From Planctomycetota bacterium (GTDB lineage: Bacteria; Planctomycetota; JAJSAM01; JAJVHW01), in NCBI GenBank assembly GCA_965248445.1, contig CBDFJG010000004.1, forward strand, positions 1,952,001 to 2,016,000: 64,000 bases of DNA, written 5' to 3'. Position numbers and translations under genes: made by a program. Positions 29,481 through 39,053 of this stretch are shown here, one piece after another. A model generated the notes under the pieces. The model had not been told where the DNA came from. It did no database searches and worked only from the letters and a program-made list of their open reading frames with translations. Each line of letters opens with the position of its first letter. Position 1 is the stretch's first letter.

Positions 29481-30505
29481 TTGCGGCGGAGGAGCTGGGG
29501 GGACGCGTGGGCGTCGCCCCCGCGTGCCGCGCGCTCGGAGTCACGCGCGCCACGCTCTATCGGCGCCGAACGGCACGCACGTGCCCCCGGCCCCAGCAGC
29601 CGCGCCGGCGCTCGCCGCGCGCCCTCACGATCGACGAGCGTCTTACCGTACTCGCGGTGCTGAGCGAGGAGCGCTTCTGCGATCTGTCACCGCTTGCGGC
29701 GTGGGCGATCCTGCTCGACGAGGGACGCTACCTGTGCTCGGTGCGCACGATGTACCGCATCCTCGGTGCGGCTGGTGCTGTGCGTGAGCGCCGCAACCAG
29801 CTGCGTCATCCCGCGTACAAGAAGCCCGAGCTCCTCGCGACCTCCCCGAACCAGGTCTGGAGCTGGGACATCACCAAGCTCCGCGGCCCGGTGAAGTGGA
29901 GCTACTTCTATCTCTACGTCGTGCTCGACATCTACTCCCGCAACGTCGTGGGCTGGATGCTGGCGGACTGCGAGAGCGGTGCGCTGGCGACGGCACTCAT
30001 CGAGCAGTCCTGCGAGAAGCAGGGGATCGCGGCGGAGCAGCTCACGATCCACTCCGATCGGGGGCCGCCGATGATCAGCAAGCCGGTGGCCTTTCTGCTC
30101 GCCGATCTCGGCGTGACGAAGTCGCACAGCCGGCCGTACACGTCGAATGACAATCCGTTTTCCGAGAGCCAATTCCGCACGCTGAAGTACCGGCCGGACT
30201 TCCCAGCGCGCTTCGGCTGCATCGAGGACGCGCGGGCGCACTGCCGCGCCTTTTTCCACTGGTACAACCGCGAGCATCGTCACTCGAGTCTCGGGCTGCT
30301 GACGCCCGAGACCGTGCACTACGGCCGCGCCGAAGCGGCCGTCGCCGCGCGCTCGGTCGTGCTCGATGCCGCGTACGCGGCGCATCCCGAGCGCTTCGTG
30401 CGCCGTGCGCCGACGCCGCCGGCTCTGCCGACCGAGACGTGGATCAACCCGCCGGCCCGGGAACTCGCGGCGCTGGAGACTGCGACACAGGAGGCTGCTC
30501 ACTAA
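29477..30505 (+). CDS. IS3 transposase OrfB (rve/DDE)
   Basis: WSWDIT, HSDRG, DNPFSES. Confidence 0.93.
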   Translation: MIAAEELGGRVGVAPACRALGVTRATLYRRRTARTCPRPQQPRRRSPRALTIDERLTVLAVLSEERFCDLSPLAAWAILLDEGRYLCSVRTMYRILGAAGAVRERRNQLRHPAYKKPELLATSPNQVWSWDITKLRGPVKWSYFYLYVVLDIYSRNVVGWMLADCESGALATALIEQSCEKQGIAAEQLTIHSDRGPPMISKPVAFLLADLGVTKSHSRPYTSNDNPFSESQFRTLKYRPDFPARFGCIEDARAHCRAFFHWYNREHRHSSLGLLTPETVHYGRAEAAVAARSVVLDAAYAAHPERFVRRAPTPPALPTETWINPPARELAALETATQEAAH

Positions 30506-30545
30506 ACTCGAAGACGCGGTGTCTCAAAGTCGTTGACACGTCCCG

Positions 30546-30785
30546 CTCCCCGCGAAGTACTGCGACGTAATCGTGTCAACCCAGAAGCCCGGGTCGCGGA
30601 TCGCAACGCCCCTCGTGTCGTTGCGCAGGTCCTTGTCGAGTTCGTAGAAAACCCTCTCCCGGTCCGCCGATGCGCTTGCGTCGATGTCGCCGCCGATCAG
30701 CGCGCCAACATGGCCCTCGATCGCCTTCTTGACAGCGGCGCCCGAAGGACGCTCGGGGCGGGCAGTCGGCTCGGGCGGCGGCTGG
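30546..30785 (-). pseudogene. inverted N-terminal fragment of the gene continuing at 32424
   Basis: Minus strand ...TITSQYFAG joins in frame to GRSRKSASHG... through the shared GGGGAG. Confidence 0.8.
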
Positions 30786-30825
30786 CGGGACGTGTCAACG
30801 ACTTTGAGACACCGCGTCTTCGAGT

Positions 30826-31854
30826 TTAGTGAGCAGCCTCCTGTGTCGCAGTCTCCAGCGCCGCGAGTTCCCGGGCCGGCGGGTTGATCCACGTCTCGGT
30901 CGGCAGAGCCGGCGGCGTCGGCGCACGGCGCACGAAGCGCTCGGGATGCGCCGCGTACGCGGCATCGAGCACGACCGAGCGCGCGGCGACGGCCGCTTCG
31001 GCGCGGCCGTAGTGCACGGTCTCGGGCGTCAGCAGCCCGAGACTCGAGTGACGATGCTCGCGGTTGTACCAGTGGAAAAAGGCGCGGCAGTGCGCCCGCG
31101 CGTCCTCGATGCAGCCGAAGCGCGCTGGGAAGTCCGGCCGGTACTTCAGCGTGCGGAATTGGCTCTCGGAAAACGGATTGTCATTCGACGTGTACGGCCG
31201 GCTGTGCGACTTCGTCACGCCGAGATCGGCGAGCAGAAAGGCCACCGGCTTGCTGATCATCGGCGGCCCCCGATCGGAGTGGATCGTGAGCTGCTCCGCC
31301 GCGATCCCCTGCTTCTCGCAGGACTGCTCGATGAGTGCCGTCGCCAGCGCACCGCTCTCGCAGTCCGCCAGCATCCAGCCCACGACGTTGCGGGAGTAGA
31401 TGTCGAGCACGACGTAGAGATAGAAGTAGCTCCACTTCACCGGGCCGCGGAGCTTGGTGATGTCCCAGCTCCAGACCTGGTTCGGGGAGGTCGCGAGGAG
31501 CTCGGGCTTCTTGTACGCGGGATGACGCAGCTGGTTGCGGCGCTCACGCACAGCACCAGCCGCACCGAGGATGCGGTACATCGTGCGCACCGAGCACAGG
31601 TAGCGTCCCTCGTCGAGCAGGATCGCCCACGCCGCAAGCGGTGACAGATCGCAGAAGCGCTCCTCGCTCAGCACCGCGAGTACGGTAAGACGCTCGTCGA
31701 TCGTGAGGGCGCGCGGCGAGCGCCGGCGCGGCTGCTGGGGCCGGGGGCACGTGCGTGCCGTTCGGCGCCGATAGAGCGTGGCGCGCGTGACTCCGAGCGC
31801 GCGGCACGCGGGGGCGACGCCCACGCGTCCCCCCAGCTCCTCCGCCGCAATCAC
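30826..31854 (-). CDS. IS3 transposase OrfB
   Basis: Same protein as 29477-30505. Confidence 0.93.
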   Translation of the reverse strand: MIAAEELGGRVGVAPACRALGVTRATLYRRRTARTCPRPQQPRRRSPRALTIDERLTVLAVLSEERFCDLSPLAAWAILLDEGRYLCSVRTMYRILGAAGAVRERRNQLRHPAYKKPELLATSPNQVWSWDITKLRGPVKWSYFYLYVVLDIYSRNVVGWMLADCESGALATALIEQSCEKQGIAAEQLTIHSDRGPPMISKPVAFLLADLGVTKSHSRPYTSNDNPFSESQFRTLKYRPDFPARFGCIEDARAHCRAFFHWYNREHRHSSLGLLTPETVHYGRAEAAVAARSVVLDAAYAAHPERFVRRAPTPPALPTETWINPPARELAALETATQEAAH

Positions 31855-32354
31855 GTGTCGCTCCCGCTCGTCTCGGGCATCTCGATGCCCAGCAGCCGTG
31901 AGACTTTTCGCTGCACGTCGATGATCACCTCGGCCGTCTCGAGCCGCTTCTCGAGACGGGCGACTTCGCGCTCGAGCTGCTCGTTGCGCTTCTTGAGCGC
32001 ACGGTCCGGATCGGGCTTGGGACCACGCCGCTTGGGCGAGAGCGCCTCGAGCTGGCCCTGGTCCCGCGCGCGCCGCCACGTCAACAAGTGCGAGGAGTAC
32101 AGCCCCTCACGGCGCAAGAGAGCGCCGATCTCGCCGGGCTTCGTGCACGCGTCCGCCGCCTCGATGATCCGTAGCTTGTACGCGGCGCCAAAGCGCCGCC
32201 GCGAGGCGCGCGGCACGACCTCGGGGTCGCGCACCCCAACGTCCCCCGGGCCGCGCGCCCCGGGGGAGCCCCCTCCGCCTCGATCGCGCTCGCTATGCTC
32301 GCCCTCCCTCGGCTCCGGGATCTCCCCCGGCGCTGTGTTGTGGTTGTTCGTCAT
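31851..32354 (-). CDS. IS3 transposase OrfA
   Basis: Same protein as 28977-29480. Confidence 0.9.
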   Translation of the reverse strand: MTNNHNTAPGEIPEPREGEHSERDRGGGGSPGARGPGDVGVRDPEVVPRASRRRFGAAYKLRIIEAADACTKPGEIGALLRREGLYSSHLLTWRRARDQGQLEALSPKRRGPKPDPDRALKKRNEQLEREVARLEKRLETAEVIIDVQRKVSRLLGIEMPETSGSDT

Positions 32355-32423
32355 CGCTGGTTCCTCCACCGCCCTGCACAGTAATCATCCGTGGGGTCGG
32401 TGTCTCAGCCACGTTGGCACAGA

Positions 32424-33447
32424 GGGGAGGTCGCGCAAGTCCGCCAGCCACGGGAGGGTGATCACCGAAGACATGGACGTCGACTACGCCGACGGCAGTC
32501 CTGGCAAGGTCCCCATCGTGTTCCACGGTGGGCTGGCCTACTCGCCCAAGCGCGCCCATCCCCTCCTCGTGTGCGTCGTGGCCGGCGACCAGAACGCGAA
32601 GACGTACCTGGAGTCGAACTGGCTCGCCCACGAGGTGATCAAGAGAGGTTGGATCGTGGCGGCGGTCAAGGAGTCGGGCAAGTTCCCGATCTCCGGGCAG
32701 CCGTGGCTCATCGCGCACGCGTTCACGCACCTGCGCGAACGTTTCAACGTGCACCCCAATCGCTTCTACATGGAGGCCGAGGGCGCGGTCTGCGAGACGA
32801 TCCAGTCCGTCGCGGGCAACGCCATCCCGGACCGCCTCGCCGCGCTCGTCCTGCGCAAGCCGACCAAGGCCGTCACGAGCGACAACACCAACCTCTACAC
32901 CACCGTCGTCGTCCACGAGGGTGACGACGACGCCACGGCCGAGGCCTACGCCGAGTTGACCGAGGGCAACAAGGCCTTCAAGGACGGCGAGACTGCGATG
33001 GCAGACGTGGCGTCATGGCTCGACGCCCACCCCGGCCGAGCCACTCCGACTGAGTACTCGTTCACGACCGCAACGAGCGAGGACGGCATCGCGTCGCAGT
33101 GGACGGGGACCATGCTGATCGTCAGCCCGCAGAAGCGCGGCGACGACATCACCATGAGCGTCAAGTACGACCGCGATGCCGGTGTCGTGGACATCAACGC
33201 GACGAATCTCGGCGAGTTCACGCTCTACCTCAACGACGACCTCATGGATCTGGACAACCCCGTCTCGATCCAGGTGAACGCCGAGGTCGTGGCCACGCGG
33301 AAGTTCGAGCGCTCGATCCGCGACATGTTCGAGACCGCCGACACCTTTGGTGAGTACGGCCGCGTCTTCATGGCCGACTACCGCGGGTTCGCGCCCGCGC
33401 CCCCAGCCGAAGCGGACGCAGACGGGGACGATGCGGACGACAACTGA
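32424..33447 (+). pseudogene. C-terminal part of a degenerate alpha/beta-hydrolase-like protein disrupted by IS3
   Basis: HPLLVCV, FNVHPNRFYM, LYLNDDLMDLDNPVSIQVN resemble the 60764 esterase; no GxSxG. Confidence 0.7.
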
Positions 33448-33568
33448 AGAACAGCGGCGCGAAGCCGTCCCAACGTGGTCAGGTCGAGAACTACCAACAT
33501 CCTTCCGCCGCACGAACCCTCGCAGCCACCCACGCCCTGCGGCCATCCCCACCGTCTAGACTCCCCTC

Positions 33569-33712
33569 ATGGTGTCCCCTCCGCGGCGGCCGAGACGGTG
33601 GAGTCTGCGCGGGCTCCGTTGGGCGCTGCGCATCGGTGCGGTCGCCGCACTCGCGGCATTGACCGCGGCGCCGGAGTGGCACAGCCCTCCGGAACTGCAG
33701 GAGGTCCGATGA
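33569..33712 (+). CDS. short leaderless ORF/remnant paralogous to 4153 ORF
   Basis: TAGACT 6 nt before ATG; MVSPPRRPRRWSLRG...PEWH; ATGA overlap with HupE. Confidence 0.4.
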   Translation: MVSPPRRPRRWSLRGLRWALRIGAVAALAALTAAPEWHSPPELQEVR

Positions 33713-34398
33713 ACACGTGGCGCCGCCTGATGGCACTCATCGCCGTCGTCGCCCTTGCGTCGACGGCGCTGGCGCACGGGGTCGACGATCCCACACGGAC
33801 CTTCCTCGAGCAGGTCACCGGCCCGGAGATCGTTCCCTTCATCTACATCGGGGCGAAGCACATGGTGACCGGGTATGACCACCTGCTCTTCCTGGTCGGC
33901 GTCATCTTCTTCCTCTACAGCAGCCGCGACGTCCTCGTCTACGTCAGCTTCTTTACGATCGGGCACAGCCTGACGCTCATGACGGGGGTCCTCGCCGGCA
34001 TCTCGGTGAACGCCTACCTCATCGACGCGATCATCGGCTTCTCGATCGTCTACAAGGGCTTCGACAACCTCGGAGGGCTGAGGCGCGTGCTCGGGTTCCA
34101 ACCGAACACGAAGGCCGCAGTCCTGATCTTCGGCCTTTTCCATGGCTTCGGACTCGCGACAAAACTCCAGGAGTTCGCGATCCCGGCGAACGGGTTGTTC
34201 ACCAACTTGGCGGCGTTCAACGTCGGGGTCGAACTCGGGCAGTTCGTGGCGCTGGGCTTCGTTCTGCTGGCCATCCTGTACTGGCGCCGCCATCCGAGCT
34301 TCCTGCGCCGCGCTTGGGCAGCGAACGTCCTCCTGATGAGCGGCGGCATGCTGCTCGTCGGCTACCAACTGTCCGGCTACGTACTCTCGAAGGGCTGA
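33709..34398 (+). CDS. HupE/UreJ-family (Ni/Co permease-like) protein
   Basis: GAKHMVTGYDHLLF, FTIGHSLTL, FGLFHGFG, FNVGVELGQ. Confidence 0.92.
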   Translation: MNTWRRLMALIAVVALASTALAHGVDDPTRTFLEQVTGPEIVPFIYIGAKHMVTGYDHLLFLVGVIFFLYSSRDVLVYVSFFTIGHSLTLMTGVLAGISVNAYLIDAIIGFSIVYKGFDNLGGLRRVLGFQPNTKAAVLIFGLFHGFGLATKLQEFAIPANGLFTNLAAFNVGVELGQFVALGFVLLAILYWRRHPSFLRRAWAANVLLMSGGMLLVGYQLSGYVLSKG

Positions 34399-34401
34399 TC
34401 C

Positions 34402-34950
34402 ATGACCGACGCTTCTCCGACCGACGTCCCGTCTCTCGCCGCGCTCGTCAAGGCGATGGTGATCGCGTTTGTGCTCGCCGTCGTGCTGCTCGTGCTGGTG
34501 GTGCTGCCGGCAGAGTACAACGTCGACGTCACCGGATTCGGCCGAGCCATCGGACTGACCGTGCTCTCGGCGCCCCCGACCGAGACCGCCGCGCAGCCCG
34601 ATGCGAGCGAGACCGTCGCGTCCGAAGTCGAGCGCGACGATCGCACGGTCGTCACCGTCCCGCCGGGTAAGGGATTGGAGTACAAGTTCCGGCTCCGCAG
34701 CGGACAGAAGATGAAGTACGCGTGGTCATCGGACTCCGGCGTGCTGTTCTACGACTTCCACGGTGAGCCGAAGGGTGCCGCGAGCGACGTCTTCGAGAGC
34801 TTCGCCGCCGGCAAGTCAGCTCTCATCAAGGGCACGTTCACAGCACCGTTCGAAGGCACGCACGGCTGGTACTGGAAGAACTCTGCGCCGCAGCCGGTCC
34901 AGGTCACGCTGGTGACCTCCGGAGCGTACGAGATCATCGGACTGAAGTAA
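34402..34950 (+). CDS. transmembrane-anchor protein commonly found with HupE/UreJ
   Basis: VVLPAEYNVDVTGFG, YDFHGEP, GTHGWYWKN. Confidence 0.85.
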   Translation: MTDASPTDVPSLAALVKAMVIAFVLAVVLLVLVVLPAEYNVDVTGFGRAIGLTVLSAPPTETAAQPDASETVASEVERDDRTVVTVPPGKGLEYKFRLRSGQKMKYAWSSDSGVLFYDFHGEPKGAASDVFESFAAGKSALIKGTFTAPFEGTHGWYWKNSAPQPVQVTLVTSGAYEIIGLK

Positions 34951-35020
34951 GCCCAGAGGGGACTGACGCAGCGTTCCGGACTGAAGTGTCCCGTGCGCTG
35001 CGGCACAGAGGAGACCCGAC

Positions 35021-35992
35021 ATGAGACTCTCAACGACAGTGGCCCTCGCGGGCCTGATCGCGGTGGGGATCGCGACAACCGCGCTGGGGCACGACCCCGA
35101 GGCGCAGGCCCGGTACGAGCTCTCGCAGAAGCTGGAGAGTCCCTGGGTGACCCAGAACGGGTTCGTGGCCGACTTCCCCACGGCGCTCGCGACGGCGACG
35201 AGGACGGGCAAGCCGATCTTCGCGTACTTCACGATCTCGTACATGGACCTGCCGCGATGCGAGAGCGTCGAGAAGGGAGTGCTGTCGACGCCCGAGTTCA
35301 AGGAGTTCGGCAAGAACGTGGTGCTGTTCGTCCACGTCGACAGCGGACTCGGCGGGCCGTACGAGGGCCTGCTGCGAGAGAAGGGGGGCAGCGACGTCCC
35401 GTACTTCCTGGTGCTGGACGATCAGGGCAACGTGATCGCCAAGGTCCCCGGGGAGCCCAACGTCAAGAGCTTCCACGAGGCGGTGAAGGCCGGCGCTGCG
35501 TTCTCGGCGCTCCGGAAGAAGGCCGACAAGACGGCCGACGAGACGGTCTACGTGCTTGCGCACGAGATGGACCTCGGCGGGCTCAAGCTCCAACTGGCGA
35601 AGGACCGCATCGCGCGGCTCGGTGACCTGAGTGACGAAAACCGCGTGCGGATCGACGCGGCCCTCGTGCGGCTCGAAGTCTGGTCCCATGCGACGAACGC
35701 GCGGGGCACCCGTAAGGGCGGCGTTGCCGCGGGCAAGTTGTTCGCGGAGATGTGGGAGGGGGGTCGCGTGCCAACCACCGACGAGCACGTCCTTCCGTTC
35801 TTCACTCTGATGCTCGACCACGCCGAAGCGTCGAAGGACGTGAAGTTGTTCGAGAAGGCGCTGCAAGAACTCGAGAAGCAACTCGCGGACAAGCCGGACG
35901 CGAAGGGCTTCTTGGAGAGGCAGGCGGAACGACTGGAGCAACTTCGCAAGAAGCTCGAGCCCGCCGGTGAGGCGCCGGGCGACGCCGAGTAG
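35021..35992 (+). CDS. secreted thioredoxin-like fold protein with helical C-terminus
   Basis: Signal peptide; ATRTGKPIFAYFT..LPRC, VVLFVHVD, VPYFLVLDDQGNVI. Confidence 0.75.
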   Translation: MRLSTTVALAGLIAVGIATTALGHDPEAQARYELSQKLESPWVTQNGFVADFPTALATATRTGKPIFAYFTISYMDLPRCESVEKGVLSTPEFKEFGKNVVLFVHVDSGLGGPYEGLLREKGGSDVPYFLVLDDQGNVIAKVPGEPNVKSFHEAVKAGAAFSALRKKADKTADETVYVLAHEMDLGGLKLQLAKDRIARLGDLSDENRVRIDAALVRLEVWSHATNARGTRKGGVAAGKLFAEMWEGGRVPTTDEHVLPFFTLMLDHAEASKDVKLFEKALQELEKQLADKPDAKGFLERQAERLEQLRKKLEPAGEAPGDAE

Positions 35993-36064
35993 CGCGTGTA
36001 GCTGTGTGAGCATCACTCCGGAGTGCGGATACTGATCCATGGATCAAGGCCGCCGCGCCGTCGC

Positions 36065-37111
36065 TCAGTTCCACTGCTCGAGGATTCTCGCTGTGTCATC
36101 GAGCAGGTGGGGATGCTCGATCGGAACGATCTCCGCGGGACCCTCCGCGTCCACACGTACGTAGACGTCCCAGATGCGGGTGTGGCCGGCAGCGATCAGG
36201 CGCTGGCGCCACGCGCTGAAGCCCTTCTCGGATCGGAAGCGTTTGATGCGGTCGTCGAGCGGGAGGTCGTCGACGAAGTGCACTTCGATGCGTCGGTCGG
36301 GAAAGGCGTTCCGTAGAAGCTCAACCACGAGCACGCTCGTGTCGTTGCCGGGCGACCACGTGTACATCTCGAGCCGTCCACCAGGCGCGAGGTGAGCGTG
36401 CACTTTCGCAAGGACCTGTCGCACGACGTCGAGGCCGTCCTCCCCGGCTCCGGAGTGCAAGAAGTAATCGGCTCCCGGCGGTACAGGCTCGAACGGTGGA
36501 TTCACCAAAACGAGATCGAATTTCTCGTCCGCGGCGAGGGGTTCGAAGAGCGAGCCCTGTCGCAGCTCGACCGCCGCGGTTCCCGGATTGAGCGCGACGT
36601 TGAACTGCGCGAACTCGATTGCGCGCGGGCTCAATTCCACGCCGGTCACGCTGGCCGCCACGTCGGACAGGAAAAGGCAGTTCACGCCCGAGCCGACGCA
36701 GAGCTCGAGCGCACGGTCGCCCTTCCGCACGCCCATCTGCGCGGCGATGTAGATCTGCTCGCGTATGAGGGGAAAGACCTGATCCGCGTCGACGTGGGTG
36801 CGCAAGTCGGTGGCGATCAGCGCGCCGTCGAGGGGAAAGATCCGCACGCACGGCACGTAGATCTGCGATGTCTCCTCGAGCGCGAGTCCCGCACCTTCGA
36901 ACATCTCGAATCGCGGCACGTCGGGTGCTTCGATGAGCAGTGGCCTGCTCTTCAAGAAGAACCGCCGAAAGCGGTCGTTGCTGTCGGTGCAGAATTCTTC
37001 GAGTTCTCGCTTGAGTCGCTCGGCCGACTCCGTCCCGCTCACGCTGGGCGCCGGGTACTGCGTGTGCGCGCCCAACTTCTTCCGCAGACCGCCCCAGAGG
37101 GTTTCGAACAC
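36065..37111 (-). CDS. class I SAM-dependent methyltransferase (HemK/MTS-like)
   Basis: LELCVGSG, VELSPRAI, DLVLVNPPF. Confidence 0.88.
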   Translation of the reverse strand: MFETLWGGLRKKLGAHTQYPAPSVSGTESAERLKRELEEFCTDSNDRFRRFFLKSRPLLIEAPDVPRFEMFEGAGLALEETSQIYVPCVRIFPLDGALIATDLRTHVDADQVFPLIREQIYIAAQMGVRKGDRALELCVGSGVNCLFLSDVAASVTGVELSPRAIEFAQFNVALNPGTAAVELRQGSLFEPLAADEKFDLVLVNPPFEPVPPGADYFLHSGAGEDGLDVVRQVLAKVHAHLAPGGRLEMYTWSPGNDTSVLVVELLRNAFPDRRIEVHFVDDLPLDDRIKRFRSEKGFSAWRQRLIAAGHTRIWDVYVRVDAEGPAEIVPIEHPHLLDDTARILEQWN

Positions 37112-37267
37112 TTGCGCAGGATACCGGGGCGAGCCGCGTCAGCCGGTTCAGAAGAGGCGCGACTCAGTCACGGCTCTAGAACTCGGGACACCCTGTACCT
37201 CTCACAGGATGAGGCGCTCTCCGCGCGGCATCGCAACGGACGCCGACGGAACGAGTAGCCTCTGTCC

Positions 37268-38788
37268 ATGCTGCGGATCTCGTCATCGGCGTTGCTGCTC
37301 GCCCTTTCACTCTCCGCGATCTCGCCGGCCGTCGTCCCGGCGTCGCCGGCCGCTGCGCAGGAGTTCCGGCTGTCGCCCGGAGCGGTACGTGTGAAGTTGA
37401 AAGGGGCGCGTACCGCTGTGTCCAAGCTGATGAGGTCGCTCGCCACGTGGTGCGACCGGAACGACTTCCCCGCGGAGGCTGCGGAGTGGCGGCTGCGCGC
37501 GGTCTCCGTCACCCCGGACGACGTAAAGCTGCGCAAGAAGACCGGCTTCGTGAAGGACGGCGACGGGTGGCGCTGGGACGAATCCGCGCGGACGAAGATC
37601 CTCGAGACGCTGGTGAAGCCGGGCGAGGGCGAGATCCTGGTCTACGACAAGCGCGTGCGCGGACTACGCAAGCGCATCGGTGCGCGCTTCAGGCCGATCG
37701 CGGCGGAGGCCCGCAAACTCGCGGACTCTGCTCCGGACGACGACGAACGCGCCGCGTTCGAAGAACTCCACACGCAGGTCTGGGAGACGGCGCGGCTCAT
37801 CGAACCGACGCACCAAGGAGCGTTGAAAGCGCTCGGGCATCCGGAACTCGCGGGGAAGTACGTTCATCGCGACGGAGTCGAGTTCGTGCGACAGCGCCTC
37901 GAGCGCCAGCGCAAGGCGCAGTTGACGTGGGCGAGCGACGTCGAAGTCGAGGAGACTCCGGGGGTCGCGAAGGACCTCTGGAGGCGCGTGCGAGCCGAGG
38001 ACGTGACCGTCGACGCGACGTGGGGGATGCAGAACGCGATCCGCATCGCGACGGCTGCCGTGCACGCGACTCGCGAGACGCATCGCACGCTGCGGCTTTC
38101 CGGAGCCATGGCCGTGCTGCCGAACCTGCGCACGTTCGCGATGAGTCGCAATCTCGAGGAGCAGGTCGCAGCCGCGAAGCACTTCGGTGAGTGGTCCGAC
38201 GCCGAGGTCACCGAGAAGTGCGACAACTGGTCGGCGGTGATCACGGGGCGCATCGTGGTGGCCCGTGATGACTCGGTCGAAGCGGCGGTGGACACGGTCA
38301 TGGCGTATCGCTCCCAAGGCGTCGTGTCGGCGTTGCGCAACGGCATGGCCCGCCGCACCAAGCTCCCGCGGGTGGCGCTCGAGGACTGGATCGACGAGTC
38401 GTTGGCGGCCGACGTCCTGATCCGGCTCAAGGGCTCGTATCTGCCGAAGTTCGTGTCTGACGGTCGCTATGCGGACGAGTCGCGCGACTACGAGGGGAGC
38501 AGCGGCTGGTTGCGGCGGGTCTGGCGGCTGCACGACCTCGGTGTCCTGCCGCCGATCAAGCACGTCGTGCAGCGGGACCTGAACCAGCTCGACACGTTCC
38601 ACTCGACCGCTGGGTACGCGTTCCTCGTGTACCTGTTCGAGCGGGAGCCCGACGACGCGGCGACGTTCTTCCAACTGGCCGTGTACGGCGGATCTGCGGC
38701 CGCGGCGCGTGTCGTGTACGAGGAGTCACTCGACGACCTGGACCGGGACTTCCGCAAGTGGCTCGACGTCGCGCGTTACGGCGACTGA
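37268..38788 (+). CDS. secreted hypothetical protein (degenerate peptidase-like C-terminus)
   Basis: Signal peptide; WIDESLA...GYAFLVYL...LDRDFRKWL; TAGCCT -10 element 6 nt upstream. Confidence 0.7.
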   Translation: MLRISSSALLLALSLSAISPAVVPASPAAAQEFRLSPGAVRVKLKGARTAVSKLMRSLATWCDRNDFPAEAAEWRLRAVSVTPDDVKLRKKTGFVKDGDGWRWDESARTKILETLVKPGEGEILVYDKRVRGLRKRIGARFRPIAAEARKLADSAPDDDERAAFEELHTQVWETARLIEPTHQGALKALGHPELAGKYVHRDGVEFVRQRLERQRKAQLTWASDVEVEETPGVAKDLWRRVRAEDVTVDATWGMQNAIRIATAAVHATRETHRTLRLSGAMAVLPNLRTFAMSRNLEEQVAAAKHFGEWSDAEVTEKCDNWSAVITGRIVVARDDSVEAAVDTVMAYRSQGVVSALRNGMARRTKLPRVALEDWIDESLAADVLIRLKGSYLPKFVSDGRYADESRDYEGSSGWLRRVWRLHDLGVLPPIKHVVQRDLNQLDTFHSTAGYAFLVYLFEREPDDAATFFQLAVYGGSAAAARVVYEESLDDLDRDFRKWLDVARYGD

Positions 38789-39053
38789 GCTGCTCTCCTC
38801 GGTGCCCCGACAACGGCAGACGTTGCTCCGGCAGGACTGCAGTCGTCTCCTGCGACGTATGCGACACAGGTGCAGGTGCGTGAGTCAGTTGGCAGCACCG
38901 CGATGACTAAACTCGCGACGGTGGGGCGAACATCCACGCACGGTGACGAGATTCACCGATCTCGGTATCCTTGTCCGCGGCGTTTCACGAGTGGGCGAAG
39001 GGGTGGAAGAAGTAGCTGCGCGAATACCGCGTCGCGTTGGCTCAGGAGGACCG

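Larger units (their letters stand above)
28908..30545 (+). mobile_element. IS3-family element, copy 1
   Basis: 1638 bp; subterminal IRs TGTGCCAACGTGGCTGAGACACCG / CGGTGTCTCAAAGTCGTTGACA; orfA+orfB. Confidence 0.92.
30786..32423 (-). mobile_element. IS3-family element, copy 2 (inverted)
   Basis: Same length and same ORF translations as copy 1. Confidence 0.92.

Noticed and set aside
31855..32423. N-terminal part of the 530-aa ORF
   Set aside because: Antisense of IS3 orfA; the true upstream part is the inverted fragment at 30546-30785
36065..37111. Methyltransferase as part of a RiPP or restriction-modification system
   Set aside because: No precursor peptide, nuclease or other pathway genes adjacent
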